This document shows positions 1 through 13,199 of a stretch of DNA of 64,000 nt, in pieces (within the stretch, counting starts at the first letter, position 1; each line of letters opens with the position of its first letter). This DNA comes from Sminthopsis crassicaudata. Lineage: Eukaryota. Position numbers and translations under genes: made by a program. Under the pieces are notes generated by a model that saw nothing but the letters and a program-made list of their open reading frames with translations, was not told where the DNA came from and did no database searches. The DNA is taken from the NCBI RefSeq assembly GCF_048593235.1, contig NC_133617.1:648252958-648316957 (forward strand). The letters run 5' to 3'.

Positions 1-525
1 AAGTATAACAAAAGAGCTAAGCGATTCATCCCCCTAGCTTTAATGTTCTATAATTTTAAAAAGTACAAAATACTTTTGTACCACATGCATGGGATGCATG
101 CATCCAATTTAGTTTGGGATAAAGAAAATTTGATCTAGATCCAATTTTTTTCTTCCTTACTCCTTACACTATTTTACAAAGGAAGAAATCAAAGAAAGGG
201 AAATGGGTCTTAACTCCACATTTTTATAAATAAGGGGTCATTTACACAAATGATCTAAAATGAGAAATAACAAGCAGTTATACTGCTTAGATTGGGGGTG
301 AGTGGGGTGAGAGGGGAGTGAAGCAATAGATGATGATTCCCTTGCCCCCAATTTAGAACAAAAAGAGTATGCGGCAAGGGACCTTCCCTTATACAAAAGA
401 TCCAGATTGCTACACAAAGGAATATTGTTTTTGTTTCTTGTTAAATACCCAAATACTGTCTATTCAAAAGTCTGATGATTTTAAGTCATGAGTTGTTTAT
501 ACAAAAAAATAAGGAGCAGGATAGC

Positions 526-715
526 AAGGCACTGTGCTATAGTTGAGAATCAGGAAACCTGGGTTTCCCTGCTTACTCTGATATTGTGTGAGTCTGGAAA
601 AGTAATAGAACTCTTTGAAGCTCAGTTTTCTTATCTATAAAATGAGGTTTCTATTACTTTCTACTTTATATAGTTGTCAGGAGGCAAGTGTTTTGTAAAC
701 CTTAAATATAGATTA
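526..715 (+). mobile_element. MIR/MAR1-family CORE-SINE fragment
   Basis: gaatcaggaaacctgggtt...ctcagttttcttatctataaaatgagg core motif. Confidence 0.7.
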
Positions 716-1358
716 TTATTATAAATTATCAAGCATTCATAAGAAAAAATCCTAAATACTTAAAGGATGTATAGTAGATGTTATCTTGCAGATGGCACCA
801 AAAAATCTATATGAAAAGTATATTGAAAAAATATAAGATGTTGAAGACACAAAGCATTTCTTGGACATCTAGTCCTTCTAAAAAAAAGTCTGACTTTAAT
901 GCTATTTTCTTATAGTCTTCATTCATGAATTTATTTTCCTCTGTTATCTATTATCTTTTGTAATGTAATATATCATAAACTTATATTTCTAAATTAGTAA
1001 ACTAAATCTTCTTGTATATGAATATGTATATATGTGTAAGAATATACATACATGTACATATATATGTACATGTATGTATATATATATGTATATATAGGAA
1101 AACTAAAGCATACTTAGATTCATGAACTTCTACCAGATGTTTTAAGTCATTACATTATTATTTTTATTCTATATTTCTAGTCATTAAAACAACAAATAGT
1201 TAATACATGCAGATAGGCATAAAGTCAAACCTCATTTTTACTTTGTTGTCACTAGGAGACAATCAGAATATTAGACAGAAGAATTTGATAAATAGTAATG
1301 TCCTTGAAAGAGAAAGACTGCCTTATTTAAAAGATATATCTCTCACCTAATAACAGTA

Positions 1359-1594
1359 AGTGTTTATAAAGAGCTTTAAAATTTGCAAAAGTCTTTAAAA
1401 ATATTATCTCATTTGATCCTCACAAAAAAATTGGAAAGATAGGTGCTATAATTATCCCCATTGTACAGATCAGAAAACTGATGAAGGCAAAGGTTAAGTG
1501 ACTTCCCCAGAGTCACACAACTAGTGTGTGTCAGAGAGAGGATTTGAACTTAAGTCTTCCTCACTTCAGACTTTTTGCAAGCACCTAGCTGTCT
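1359..1594 (-). mobile_element. MIR/MAR1-family SINE
   Basis: atctcatttgatcctcac...ccccattgtacagatcagaaaactga...aaggttaagtgacttccccagagtcacacaactag...gatttgaact...cacctagctg. Confidence 0.85.
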
Positions 1595-2732
1595 AGAACA
1601 ATGCTCCATAAAGTAAGTAATTAATAAATGTTTGCTGTGTTATAGGTTTTTGGAAGCTAAGTATTTGATCTTTAAACTCTCAAACAGATGGGGACACAGA
1701 AATAAGATCACTACTTATTATGAGGGCTAAGATACTGACAAAGAAGAATCTGATTTTCTCAGTCAAGAATAACTAGTTATTAAAAAAAAAAAGAACTAGT
1801 TATTCTCCTTCTATGTCTAATTCAAAACATATTCTGCATGATTCCTGTGCTACTACCTATAGAAAGAGTCTCCATCCATTTCAACTATTACCTGCAAGAG
1901 AGTCAAGTAATTTAAAAGCAGCACAATAAAAATTTGTTGATTAACGAAATGATGGTATTTTTCCTGGCTGCTACTTGACTAGGGAGATGTAAATATATTT
2001 TTTCTAAACTAATATCATGAAGCTATGAATTATTATTCAGAAATTTAAAAATAAATACATTTAATTTTCACATTATGGTAAGCTAACATGTAAACTGCTA
2101 AGAGAGAAAGTAGAATAAGATGAAATGGAAGAGAGAAATAAGAAGACATCAAGACAAAAATAGCAAAGGAAAAAGACAAAAAAAAATTAACATACAAATA
2201 TGGGAAGGGAAGCTAGTTGAAAAACTGAAAAAAAAATAGGAGAAATATTTGAAAAAAAAAGAAATAAAATCAGAAAACACTGAAATATTTATCTTTGTTG
2301 GGGATACTATTTTCCTAATGACAAGTAGAGTAAGCAATTCACTTGGGCCATAAGCAACAGGGAATGCCATCACTTGCCATCAAGGTCATTTGACAATGTG
2401 ATCAACTATCCAACTAAGCCTTTCTATACTAAGAAGCAGTTTGTCTGCTTTTAATTTCAAACTTCAAAGTTTATTTTTGAAATAAAAGTTTATTTTCCCA
2501 AGAGATTCTAAAGAGTTTACACATGTGTACATGAATGACTAATATTTTAGAAATTTACTATGGAACTTTAGAGGTGTTGGTCAATTTACTACCTAACACC
2601 TCCAAGTCCTTTTGACATTCAAACTCTCTAAGAATGCTTCTTTTTTGATGAGAAATTAATGCTACCTCCTTCCATCAGGTCTGAGGGGTATCTATTGAAA
2701 TCAACAAGTATGTCACTGCTCTGTTATTTTTT

Positions 2733-2769
2733 GGTGGTGGTGGTTGTTGTTGTTGTTGTTGTTGTTGTT
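2733..2769. repeat. Compound (GGT)n(GTT)n microsatellite
   Basis: ggtggtggtggttgttgttgttgttgttgttgttgtt. Confidence 0.95.
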
Positions 2770-3494
2770 TTTTAATAAAATGCACATTTTTAGGTAGTTT
2801 CTATAGCTTGAGATTATATACAATAGAAACTGATCTTTCCATCCCCCCCAAAAAAGAGAAAAATCTTCTTCAACAAAACAAGTTTATTCAACTCAACAAA
2901 CAATTATTAGTCACCTGTACTCCAAAGCACTCTTTTAACTGCTGTTATCAAATCATCCAGTATTATCCTGTGTGATACATCCAAAGCAGCTATGGTACAA
3001 GGTTGTTTTAAGAACAAGAACAATAATTTAGTACATTCCTCCAGTTACCTTGAAAAAATGAGGCCATGGGTCAAGAGTTCCCCAAAATTACATGAATACA
3101 GCACTGTATACTTTATTTTTATCCTCATTTTACAGAAGAAGAAACTGAGGCTTAATTAACCCAGTTTGCAAGTGTTTAACTGAAAGCAGATATAATTCCC
3201 AAGTCCCCGCCCTCCTACAACAGACTGCTATATCTATATACAGAACCCACCCAAATAAACAAGAATTCTACCAACTATTCTTTGCATTTATACAAGCAAA
3301 TTTAACTAATTCTTTAAACATAAGAAATCTTAACCACCACCAAAAACTTAGATATTAAGAAAGCAAAACCATTTCTGTTTCTGATGTCTTAAAGAAAGTG
3401 AAGATTATTTTAAGAAAATGAGTGAATGAAGCAACACAGTGAATTGTGTGAGTATGAATGAAGCACAACAGTGAATTAGGGAAGGGGAAAGAGT

Positions 3495-3693
3495 AAGAAT
3501 TTATATGGCATCTGCTATATGCCAGGCACTATGCTAAGCACTATGCTAAGCATTTTGGAAATGTCATCTCCTTTGATTTTTATAACCACTTTATGAGGCA
3601 GATGCTGTTATCCCCATTTTGCAGTTGAGGAAACCAAGGCAAACAGAGATTAAGTTACTTACCCAGGACGACATAGCTAGCAAATATGTTAGG
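3495..3693 (-). mobile_element. MAR1-type SINE with internal 12-bp duplication (ctatgctaagca x2)
   Basis: tatgccaggcactatgctaagc...ccccattttgcagttgaggaaaccaaggcaaacagagattaagttacttacccagg. Confidence 0.85.
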
Positions 3694-6600
3694 CAGGTAC
3701 CGGGCTCTATCAACCTCACTGCCAACTAGAATTTAACTATCTACTATGTACCCAGAGGATACAAAGAAAAGTCTCTGCCTTTAAGAATCCAAAAGTCTAA
3801 TGGTAGGGATCAAACATATGAATAACTAAATACAAAGAAGACAGATACAGAATAATTTAAGATGGTCTCAAAGAGAGGGCACTAAGATTAAGGAAGACTG
3901 GGAAAGGTTACTTAGAAAAAATAAGACTTTCGGTATAACTTGAAGGAAAGACAAGAAAGCCAAATGGCAGGGATAAGAAGGGAGAGTCTTTCAGGCATGG
4001 GGAATAACCATTGAAAATGCCTTCAATATATTGATATGTTTTCAATATACTGATTTTTATTTTCATTTTCCATTTTAAATACATTGATCCTACAAACCCC
4101 AGTTCTATGAAGTAGTTGAATGCAATGTCATCATGACACAGTAACTTGTTTCATTTACAGTATCTGTTTCACTTCTACTCATGAGCTAATATAATTCAAT
4201 TTTTTTTAACTGCATACAGGCTGCCAGACACATGTGCANNNNNNNNNNNNNNNNNNNNNNNNNNNNNNNNNNNNNNNNNNNNNNNNNNNNNNNNNNNNNN
4301 NNNNNNNNNNNNNNNNNNNNNNNNNNNNNNNNNNNNNNNNNNNNNNNNNNNNNNNNNNNNNNNNNNNNNNNNNNNNNNNNNNNNNNTAGTGACAAGTCGT
4401 CCTCTGAAGGACGTTCCCTAGGTGCCCAAGCTGGATGACACCTCCATTGCTTAGCACCTCCCTGCCTCCCCAAGTAACCATGGTGAGGAAAGCAGGAAGG
4501 CATGAGAAACCAGCAAGTGCATTAGCGAAGGCAAATTATGTGAAATGATCGGAACTCAAGAGGAACTCAGCCCTTACCACAGTAGTTTCTTACCTTGTTG
4601 TTTTATGATAGAAAGAATAACTTTTTACTTTGGTCTTGCAAGTCACTGATACTTTTCATTGTTGTGGCCAGTAGTCTTCAAAAAAGTTAAACAACAAAGA
4701 ATTCTATTTCACTTGTTTCGTTTTCAGGGACTTTTTTTTTTTGGGGGGGGGTTAAAACTTTGCTCCTTAAAGTGAGCTTGAGTCAGTACTTTGTACTTCT
4801 TTTGCTGTACTTCCCATTTTATGTTTCTAATACAAACATAAAGACAACTCTTGGCCAACCAACTCTAAAAATTTAAATAGCTTTTATTTCCTTCTCCAAT
4901 TATTTTCTTTACAGAATGGGGCAAAGGTGAGAGATTGCACATCTCTTTCTCTCATGACCCAGACCTTCAATGCCCCCTTCTTTTCTTCCTTTTCTACCCT
5001 TACTGTAAACAAAACTGATAATCTTTCTTAAATTCAGAATTAGGGTTTATGGATTCTTGTCACATTCATAGAAAAAGCACTTCTGCATTTACAAAGACAG
5101 AGAAGGCAGCCAGCAAATATAGAAAGCACAAACTTTCAAAAATAAGAAACCCAGTACTACTGCTCTATCCACAAAGAAAGATATTTTCATCAACTAAAGC
5201 ACATATGGCAGACATTCTATGGATTTTTTTTTAAATGTTAAAAAAAAAAAAAAATGCTGATCTTAGTCAGGAACGAGAGGCCTTTTAGTTTGCCAAAAAA
5301 ATGAATATTAAAACAAAAAGTCCACCTGTGTCAGCCTACCCTATAATAATAAGGCAACAAGCTATAAGATCATTTTGAAAGAATATGTTAAAACTGCTAT
5401 GGAAAAAAAATATATATCAATGCAGACTACAGGCAGATGCAAAAAGCTTCTGTGCATGTGATTAATTGTGTGTGTGGACTTTTTAGTACAATTTTAGGTG
5501 CTCTAAAACTGTGTCCCTTCTTTCTTCTAAGTGGACTGGGAGTAAAATTAATGCCTCTTCCAGACCTGTTTTTGACAATGGTCACAAATACAGACCTATA
5601 TGAATTGTATAAACTAAATCTCCTTTCCTAGGAAGATAGCTTTTTAATTCTTATGACTACTGAAATGCAGTAGATATACCATACTTGATATTTTGACAAC
5701 TGTTCATTAAATGTGTTTTACCAAAAGTCCTCTGAATCTCCTAGATACCTTTTTATGGGGGTTAGGGGAAAGGTTCAGGAGAACAAGATGGTATGCTTAT
5801 AGGCTAACAACAAAGGAAAACTCTTAGCATTCACAAAGTTAAATCAGATTTTCCACGCATCAAAAAACTAAAATGAAATAGTTGAATTACTGAGAGATAA
5901 TTAAAATAAACAACTTATTCCTAATACCAATGAGGTTTGGAGAGAGTCATATGGATTTCATTCTGTTGTCTCTGAACACTTTATCTGAGGGGGGAAAAGG
6001 AGCTGAATAAACTTTAAACTCTCATGTAGGGATGTATTGCTTGTGTGTCCCTGGCAGATGTGGAAAGGAGATGAAATGGGCAAGGGAGAATCGAATATCC
6101 CATCGCTGCAGGTTTGCTGAGGGGAGAGAGCACTGCAAAGATCTCACATCTGGCAATCATTTGTCAATAGCTGGAAAGGGAACGGCAGGAAACTTTCTGG
6201 CTCTTGTAGAAGATGAAAAGACAAAAACCATGTGTCACACATACACTATGCTGGTACAATGACTACTACATTTATCCCTCCNNNNNNNNNNNNNNNNNNN
6301 NNNNNNNNNNNNNNNNNNNNNNNNNNNNNNNNNNNNNNNNNNNNNNNNNNNNNNNNNNNNNNNNNNNNNNNNNNNNNNNNNNNNNNNNNNNNNNNNNNNN
6401 NNNNNNNNNNNNNNNNNNNNNNNNNNNNNNNNCTGGTACTTTGGGCAGGGATCCTTGTGGTTTAGTCAATAAACAGAATCTAAATGAAAGACACCACAGT
6501 AACTAGACAGTAACGTTTTGAACAGTTCTTAACCTGAAGGAGAGGAAAGAAGAAAAAAATGGCCACAGATACAATGTTACCAGTCCACAGAAATGCTGCT

Positions 6601-7083
6601 ATTGTACAAAGCAGCTATGTCTTAAGCACAAGGTCACTGGGTTGTTTGGGGGAGGGAGGTAAGATTTTATACTTGGGAGGCTAATTTGTATAGTGTGTAG
6701 GCAACTTTTTGTTTATCATTCTAACAACTTAAGGGCAGTGACAAAACCTGAGATTTAATTTTGCCTCTAATGAAAACAATAATAGTAAAAATTTGCTGAC
6801 CAGGAAATTCAAATTCCACAAAAATAGCTTTTCAAACATACATAGTCAATTTGTATTATCACTAGTTTAACAGCTTGCCACATAAGTGCTTTTAAGTCCT
6901 CGAGATATGCCCATATGCTCACGCACATACACGCACATGCATGCACACAAATGCACATATCCCAAACTGATTACCTTCTCTGAAATTACAAGATTTGCCT
7001 TGATAGATAACACTAAATAGGCAGCTTTGGGTTCATCCTTATGTTGCATTTAAGTAGCAGCAGCCGCTGAACTTGTCCCTGTG

Positions 7084-7303
7084 NNNNNNNNNNNNNNNNN
7101 NNNNNNNNNNNNNNNNNNNNNNNNNNNNNNNNNNNNNNNNNNNNNNNNNNNNNNNNNNNNNNNNNNNNNNNNNNNNNNNNNNNNNNNNNNNNNNNNNNNN
7201 NNNNNNNNNNNNNNNNNNNNNNNNNNNNNNNNNNNNNNNNNNNNNNNNNNNNNNNNNNNNNNNNNNNNNNNNNNNNNNNNNNNNNNNNNNNNNNNNNNNN
7301 NNN
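7084..7303 (+). other. N-run with exon-like flanks
   Basis: Branch-like gctgaac plus pyrimidine tract ttgtccctgtg directly before the Ns (AG would be hidden); strong donor GTGAGC directly after. Confidence 0.45.
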
Positions 7304-7883
7304 GTGAGCCTTCATATATTCACAAAAGAGAAAAGTCTGGTTTGATAGGACATAGTGTATCATCTACTAGTGAAATACTGGTTCATTATTTACTCTAATC
7401 CTTCAAGATACTTCAATGGCAAAATGTATCACTTCAAGCACAACATCTGGAATTCTGAGACGAGACTGTGTAGACTAACAATATGATAAATGAATTTAAA
7501 TTTCACATGAATTTATTAAAAATTTAAAATGAGAAAAAAGCACATATAGCATCTGACATTTTAAGAAATGGGAAAACAAAAGAAAAAACAAGTGATAATG
7601 ATTTACTTAAAACAATGACAAAAAATTTGATCATGGAAGAAGAATATTTTGCTAAAGACCTACAATGATAACTTCAATTGACTGCACAAATGGCGAAAAG
7701 CACAATATCCCAACACCTGCTTCAAAATCACCATGAATATTCAAAAGTTAAAATGAATGAAAAACATCTCAATTTGTACCCATTTTTCTGAGTCATACAT
7801 ATTAAAAAATAAAATCAGAGCAAATGCAGCAATAACAAAGTCAGTCACAAAGGATGACTGTATTTTGAGATTAAGATAAAGTC

Positions 7884-8029
7884 GGGGGCAGCTAAGTGGT
7901 ACAGTGAATAGAGCACCAGCATTGAAGTCAGGAAGACCTGAGTTCAAGTCCAACCTCAGATATTTAACATTTCCTAGCTGTGTGACTCTGGAAAAGTCAT
8001 TTAATCCTAATTTGCCTCAGGAGGAAAAA
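7884..8029 (+). mobile_element. WSINE1-type SINE with degenerate 11-bp TSD
   Basis: gggggcagctaagtggtacagtgaatagagcacc...gacctgagttcaagtcc...; flanks aagataaagtc (7873-7883) and aagataatatc (8030-8040). Confidence 0.9.
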
Positions 8030-9849
8030 AAGATAATATCTGATGATTCTGACCATAGGAAAATATTGGAAATCTTGGGATTTTTCTAAGGAATCTAATT
8101 TTATATTATATCCAACTTAAAATTGAAAGCCATGGAAGAATTCTACAAGTGTGAGAAAAGAAAAGAAGGCAAAAAAAGGAAGAAGGGAAAATACCCTCAG
8201 GACTTACAGAGGACTAATAGCAGCAAAAATAAATAAATAAGTCTGTAAACCCAGGTCAAAACAGAACACCTAAATTCCCTATCTATGAAGTTTCAAAAGG
8301 CATAATCAATATATAACACATTTGAACCTGGGTCCTTGGATTCCCAGATTGGGAGCCAAGGACCCAGGTACAAATCTTAACTTTGTCACTTCCTACATCA
8401 CTTTGGCAAAATCACTATGCTTCGTTAGGCTTTTGTTTCCTCATCCTCCCTGCTCTGAAAATGTAATCAATATAAATGACATCCTCCATCAAAGTGAAAG
8501 TCTAAGACTTCATGTTTGCATAAATATAAACTTGGACTCTCAAACATACGATCTGACAGATCCTGACAACTTAGAAAGATTTTAAATATGGTCTGAGCAT
8601 AAGTCTTAGCATCCACCTAACTAAATTCTGAGATTATCAAAGGATCTTCCAGGTAGAGCTAAGAGGAGCTTAGAGGTCATTCAGGCCAACACTTTCTGCA
8701 ATCCACAGAGTGAGAAAACCAAGGTTATATAGCTAGTAAATAACAGAGTTCAAGATTCAAACCAAAGTCCTCTGATTGCAAAAGCAATGTTCTTTCAAGG
8801 GATCCACATTACAGGTCAGCTAGTCAGTAATGATTTTTCTGGAAGACTATTTATTAAGTATGGAAATGTCATTGACAATCTAGATGTATAGCACAGAAAA
8901 AAAATTATATTTAAATATTGAAGCCAGTATTCAATATGCTTCAAGAGTCACATGGTAAACAGCTAAAACAAGTAAGAGATACCTGGGCCAGACAGGAAGT
9001 CTAAAGACCCAAACAGGATAGAAATAGGAGGTCAAGTTGACAGGAGCTAACTGCAAGTCTCCCTTGGGCCTTTCTTTTCATTCAAGATTAAGTGACCAGT
9101 CTGCAGACAAAGGGAGCAGTATCATGTAACATGAACCCCAGCAAGAATGAGAGATAAAGCAAAAGATCTTTGTAGGAACTATAAATTGGTAAAGGATTAT
9201 GAATAAAGTTTGAGGTTTCATTTGTTTTGCAAAGATATTTCAGTGGGAAAAAGTAGGAAGGGAGGCATAAAGAAAAGAATACATGATCTGGTAGTCTAAA
9301 TTTGATTTTTTTTAAACTAACTCAATTTTCCAGAATAACCTAAAAAAATTAGGTTTATAAGATAATACATTTGCTCAAATAAAAATACTCAATACCCCAT
9401 TGCCCAGGATCTGGTTATATGGACTATCTCATTTTGAAGACTTATATCAAAAAGATTTCCAAATAAGGAATGAAAGATAATATGATATTGCCATCTAGTA
9501 GCTTAGAGTCACACTTGGCATTATATTTAATTATATAATCATAGTCTCATTCTCTTTATCCATATATACATGCTCATATATAAAGAAAAGCACCAATAGC
9601 TGTATTCCCCTAGTTTCTACTCCCTTGAAACCATCTAAATGCGCTCTGAAGATTTTTCTTCAATCTTATGCCATATGAGAAACATTCTTCTTTTTTTTTT
9701 TTTAACTCTTTGCCAGATTTTACCAATCAAAACAGTTAATTCACAGTATGCTCTGGATGATATATTTGAAGAATGCACCTAACAAAATGTATCTAAATAG
9801 AATATGTAACTCCATAACTTCTTCAAATTACATTTCCTTAATAGGCATG

Positions 9850-10025
9850 CAGAGGAAAAAAAAGAGAAAAGAGAGAGGGAGAAGGGGAAGGGGAAGAAAA
9901 AGAAAGAAGAGAAGGAGGGAGGGAAAAAAAGAAGGAGAGAAGAGGAGAGGAGAGAGCAGAAGAAAAAGCAACACTAGAGAAAAGTAAGAGGGGAGAGGAA
10001 AAAAAAGATTAAGGTAAGAAAAAAA
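9850..10025. repeat. Polypurine (A/G) low-complexity tract
   Basis: ~170 nt almost entirely A/G on the plus strand; explains the spurious K/R-rich and F/L-rich ORFs at 9748-9987 and 9828-10070. Confidence 0.93.
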
Positions 10026-10487
10026 TTGATGGAGAAAACTCATGGAACATGTTTCATACATGTCACACACCTGTTTTTAGGTATAGCATAGTTATACACC
10101 TCCTAGGTTGTTTCAGCTTGTGGCATAGTAGTGCTCAGGTGGTCTGCTACCGTCCATGAGCAGGTGTGCAAAAGATGCTTCTCCTTTCACTCCCGTGTCA
10201 GGCTGAAACCTCCTGTCAACCTGTTCTCTCATGTGTGGTATTCTAAAGCAGTTGAAAATACAAGCAAGCTCACTCTGTTCATCCCATAAGCCTGAAAAGT
10301 TCAGCGGATGATGCCAAATGGATTTTCATAGGTATTCCCGAGTTAACTCCTGCTGAGGACATCATTTATCCTTTGGATTTTCAGCAAAATCTTATCAATG
10401 CTGGCATTTTAAATACCAGGAAATATGCAAAAATGAAGACAAGCCTTTCTGTAAACTGTCACATTTCTTTTAAAAAAAAATTAGTAG

Positions 10488-11920
10488 AAACTTACTGTTT
10501 ATCAAAAACTGCTGAGAAAACTGAAAAACAGTATGGCAGAAACTAGGTATAGACCAATCTCTGTCGTACCATACACAAAGACAAGGTCAAAATGGATAAA
10601 TGATTCACACATAAATAGTTTATGTCAAATTTATGCACAAGAGAAGAACTTATATAGAGAGTATCACAAAATAGATCATTTTGATTTTATAAAGTTAAAA
10701 AGTTATTGCACAAAAAAAAGTAATGCAACCAAAATGTTTTGCAAGAAATATCTCTGGGGACAACTAGATGGCACAGTATATAAAGTACCAACTCTGAAAT
10801 CAGAAGGACTTGAGTTCAAATCAAACCTCAGACACTTAACACTTACTAGTTGTATGACGCTAGGCAAGTCATTTAACTCCAACTGCCTGACAAAAAAAAA
10901 GAAGTATCTCTGATAAAGGCTTCATTTCTCAAATATACAAAAAACTGAGTTAAATTTGTAAAATTACAAGTCATTACCCAACTAATAAATGGTCAAAGAA
11001 TATAAATAGGCAGTTTTCATGCTACAAAATAAAAACTATCTTTAGTCAAATGAAAAAATGTACTAATAAAAACTAAAAAACTCAATAGCAATATTGAATA
11101 GAAAAATGCAAATTAAAAAAACTGAGGTACCACCTCATATCTATCAGGTTGGTTAAGATGACACAAAAGGATGCTGGAAAAAATGTGGGGAAAATTGAAC
11201 ATCAATGCACTGTTTCATGAAGTGTGAACTGATCCAACCATTCTGGAGAACAATTTGGAACTATACCCAAAAGGCTTTAATATTGTGCATATTTTTTGGG
11301 CCAGCAATACAATTTCTAGATCTACTTCCTAAAGACATCCACAAAAAAAGAAAAGGATATATTTGCACAAAAATATTTATAGCAGCTCTTTTTGTGGTGG
11401 CTCAGAATTGAAAATCAAAGGAATGGCCATTAATTGGGGAATGGCTAAACAAGCTGTACTATATGATTGTAATGAAATATTCATATTATTACACTATAAG
11501 AAATGTCAAGCAAGATGGTTTCAGAAAAACCTGGAAAGACGTAAATGGGCTGTGAACAGAAAATGAACAGAACCAAGAGAATGCTGTACACAGTGAACAG
11601 CAATATTGTTTAATGAAGAATTGTGAATGACCTAACTATTCTCAGCAATACAATGATCCAAGAAAATCCCAAAGGACTAATGATGAAATATACTATCTGC
11701 CTCCATACAAAGAACTGATATTGTTTGATATACAGACTGAAGTCCGGTATTTTTCACTTTATTTTTTTCTTTTATTTGAGTCTTTTTGTACAAAATGTAT
11801 GGAAATGTTATATACATGTATAACCTATATCTGATTGCTTACAGTTTCAGGGAAGGGATAAGGAAAGGAGGGACAAAAATTGGATCTCAAAATTTTAAAT
11901 GAAAAGATTTTTAAAAAGTA
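10488..11920 (+). mobile_element. 5'-truncated old L1 3' fragment, interrupted by a WSINE1
   Basis: ORF2 C-terminal peptides (HFDFIKLKSYCTKK; ICTKIFIAALFVVAQN) followed by L1 3'UTR; strongly diverged; boundaries approximate. Confidence 0.9.
10756..10898 (+). mobile_element. WSINE1-type CORE-SINE nested in L1, with 13-bp TSD
   Basis: ggggacaactagatggcacagt...gagttcaaatc...cagacacttaacacttactag...ggcaagtcatttaac plus A-tail; flanked by aagaaatatctct (10743-10755) and aagaagtatctct (10899-10911), one mismatch. Confidence 0.92.
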
Positions 11921-12414
11921 AAATTTTCATTCCAAATTGAACAAATATCAAATAAAATGGACTTTTCCAGATATTTAATAGAAAAAAGAAATGGGGGGGA
12001 GGGAAGAAGGATTGTATATGAAATTGTGAATCTTTATTATATAAAACTTGCTTTTCTTTTTAAAATATATTAATAAATTCAACATTTAGCTTTCAAAAAA
12101 TTAGTAATTCTATAGATAGTTTCTACTAATATATAAATGTACTGATTCTACGGAAGTACATGTCAGTACTTTCATTAGCAAATAAACATTGGGATAACAC
12201 TACTACCTTCCTTCTAATACTCATTTATTTCTGATTTAATAGAAGCCCCTGTTTATTCCTTAAGGACCTATGAAATGTTCCTCTCTTTAATAACTCTTTA
12301 TCAGTAGTGACCAGTTAGTTACTTAATCCTTTATTGGTTTGCTCCATATTAAGGTTTCCAAAAACATGAAAAATCTATAATATTTTCTAGGCATTCCCAC
12401 AATATTATTATGAG

Positions 12415-12745
12415 ATAGCAACAGTTTGGTGGCAAGAGCAACAGCTTTGGCCTCAGAAGACCCAGACTGAAATCCCAATTCAGCCACTTGCTTTTGTGTG
12501 TAGCCATGGACAAGTCAATGAACAGCTATTTATTAAGCAGTTACTGTATGCTAGATACTGTGACAATGATTGAAAATTAAAAAAAAAAAAAAAAAAAAAA
12601 AGGAAAGTACAGTCGCTGCCCTCAAGAAGCACATTTTAAGGCAAAGTATTCAATTCCATTAGGCCTCAATTTTTCCTCAACACTAAAATAAAGGAGATTG
12701 GATTAGATAAGTTCTAAGTTCCCCTCCAGTTCTAGGACCTATGTG
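12415..12745 (+). mobile_element. MIR interrupted by an L2 3'-end fragment containing an A23 run
   Basis: MIR head gaagacccagactgaaatccc, then ctatttattaagcagttactgtatgctagatactgtg (L2 tail, antisense), then MIR ggcctcaattttt...gagattggattagat. Confidence 0.65.
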
Positions 12746-13199
12746 TACATGCTTTACAATAAAGAGATCATCCTACCAAGAAATAAAAAAGCCAAAAGAA
12801 TTTCATCTCCTGGTCTGTAATCTCAAAATAGAACAGGGAAAGCTAAGAAAAGCAGTCATACTGATTGCCTATACATTTTAAAAGTGGATAAATATAAGGT
12901 AGAGAAATTCTTACACTATTCCTACTTCCTCTCATGGCTTTTATTTAGCAGGCACCAACACCAAGCCCTCTGCTAGCATAACACGGCAAGGCTCATAGGA
13001 CTAGAGAACCATATTCTGCCAAGCAACATTGGAAAAATACAGCCTAATCAGATGCTTGGTTACACTCACAACAGTAATTCATTGAAGTAAAACACAGTAA
13101 TTCTTACTTCACCTTCGTATCTGAAAAATAGCTAGCAGGTTTGACAGATCTTTATAGTGTATCACAGCTGTTCTTAGCATCATCAAACAATGTTTTTAG

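Noticed and set aside
1335-1362. Additional minus-strand AG|GTGAGA composite at 1347/1346
   Set aside because: Upstream pyrimidine tract is poor and it abuts a SINE; likely chance.
7884-8029. tRNA gene (A/B-box-like motifs)
   Set aside because: It is the tRNA-derived head of a SINE with CORE, A-tail and TSD; no cloverleaf.
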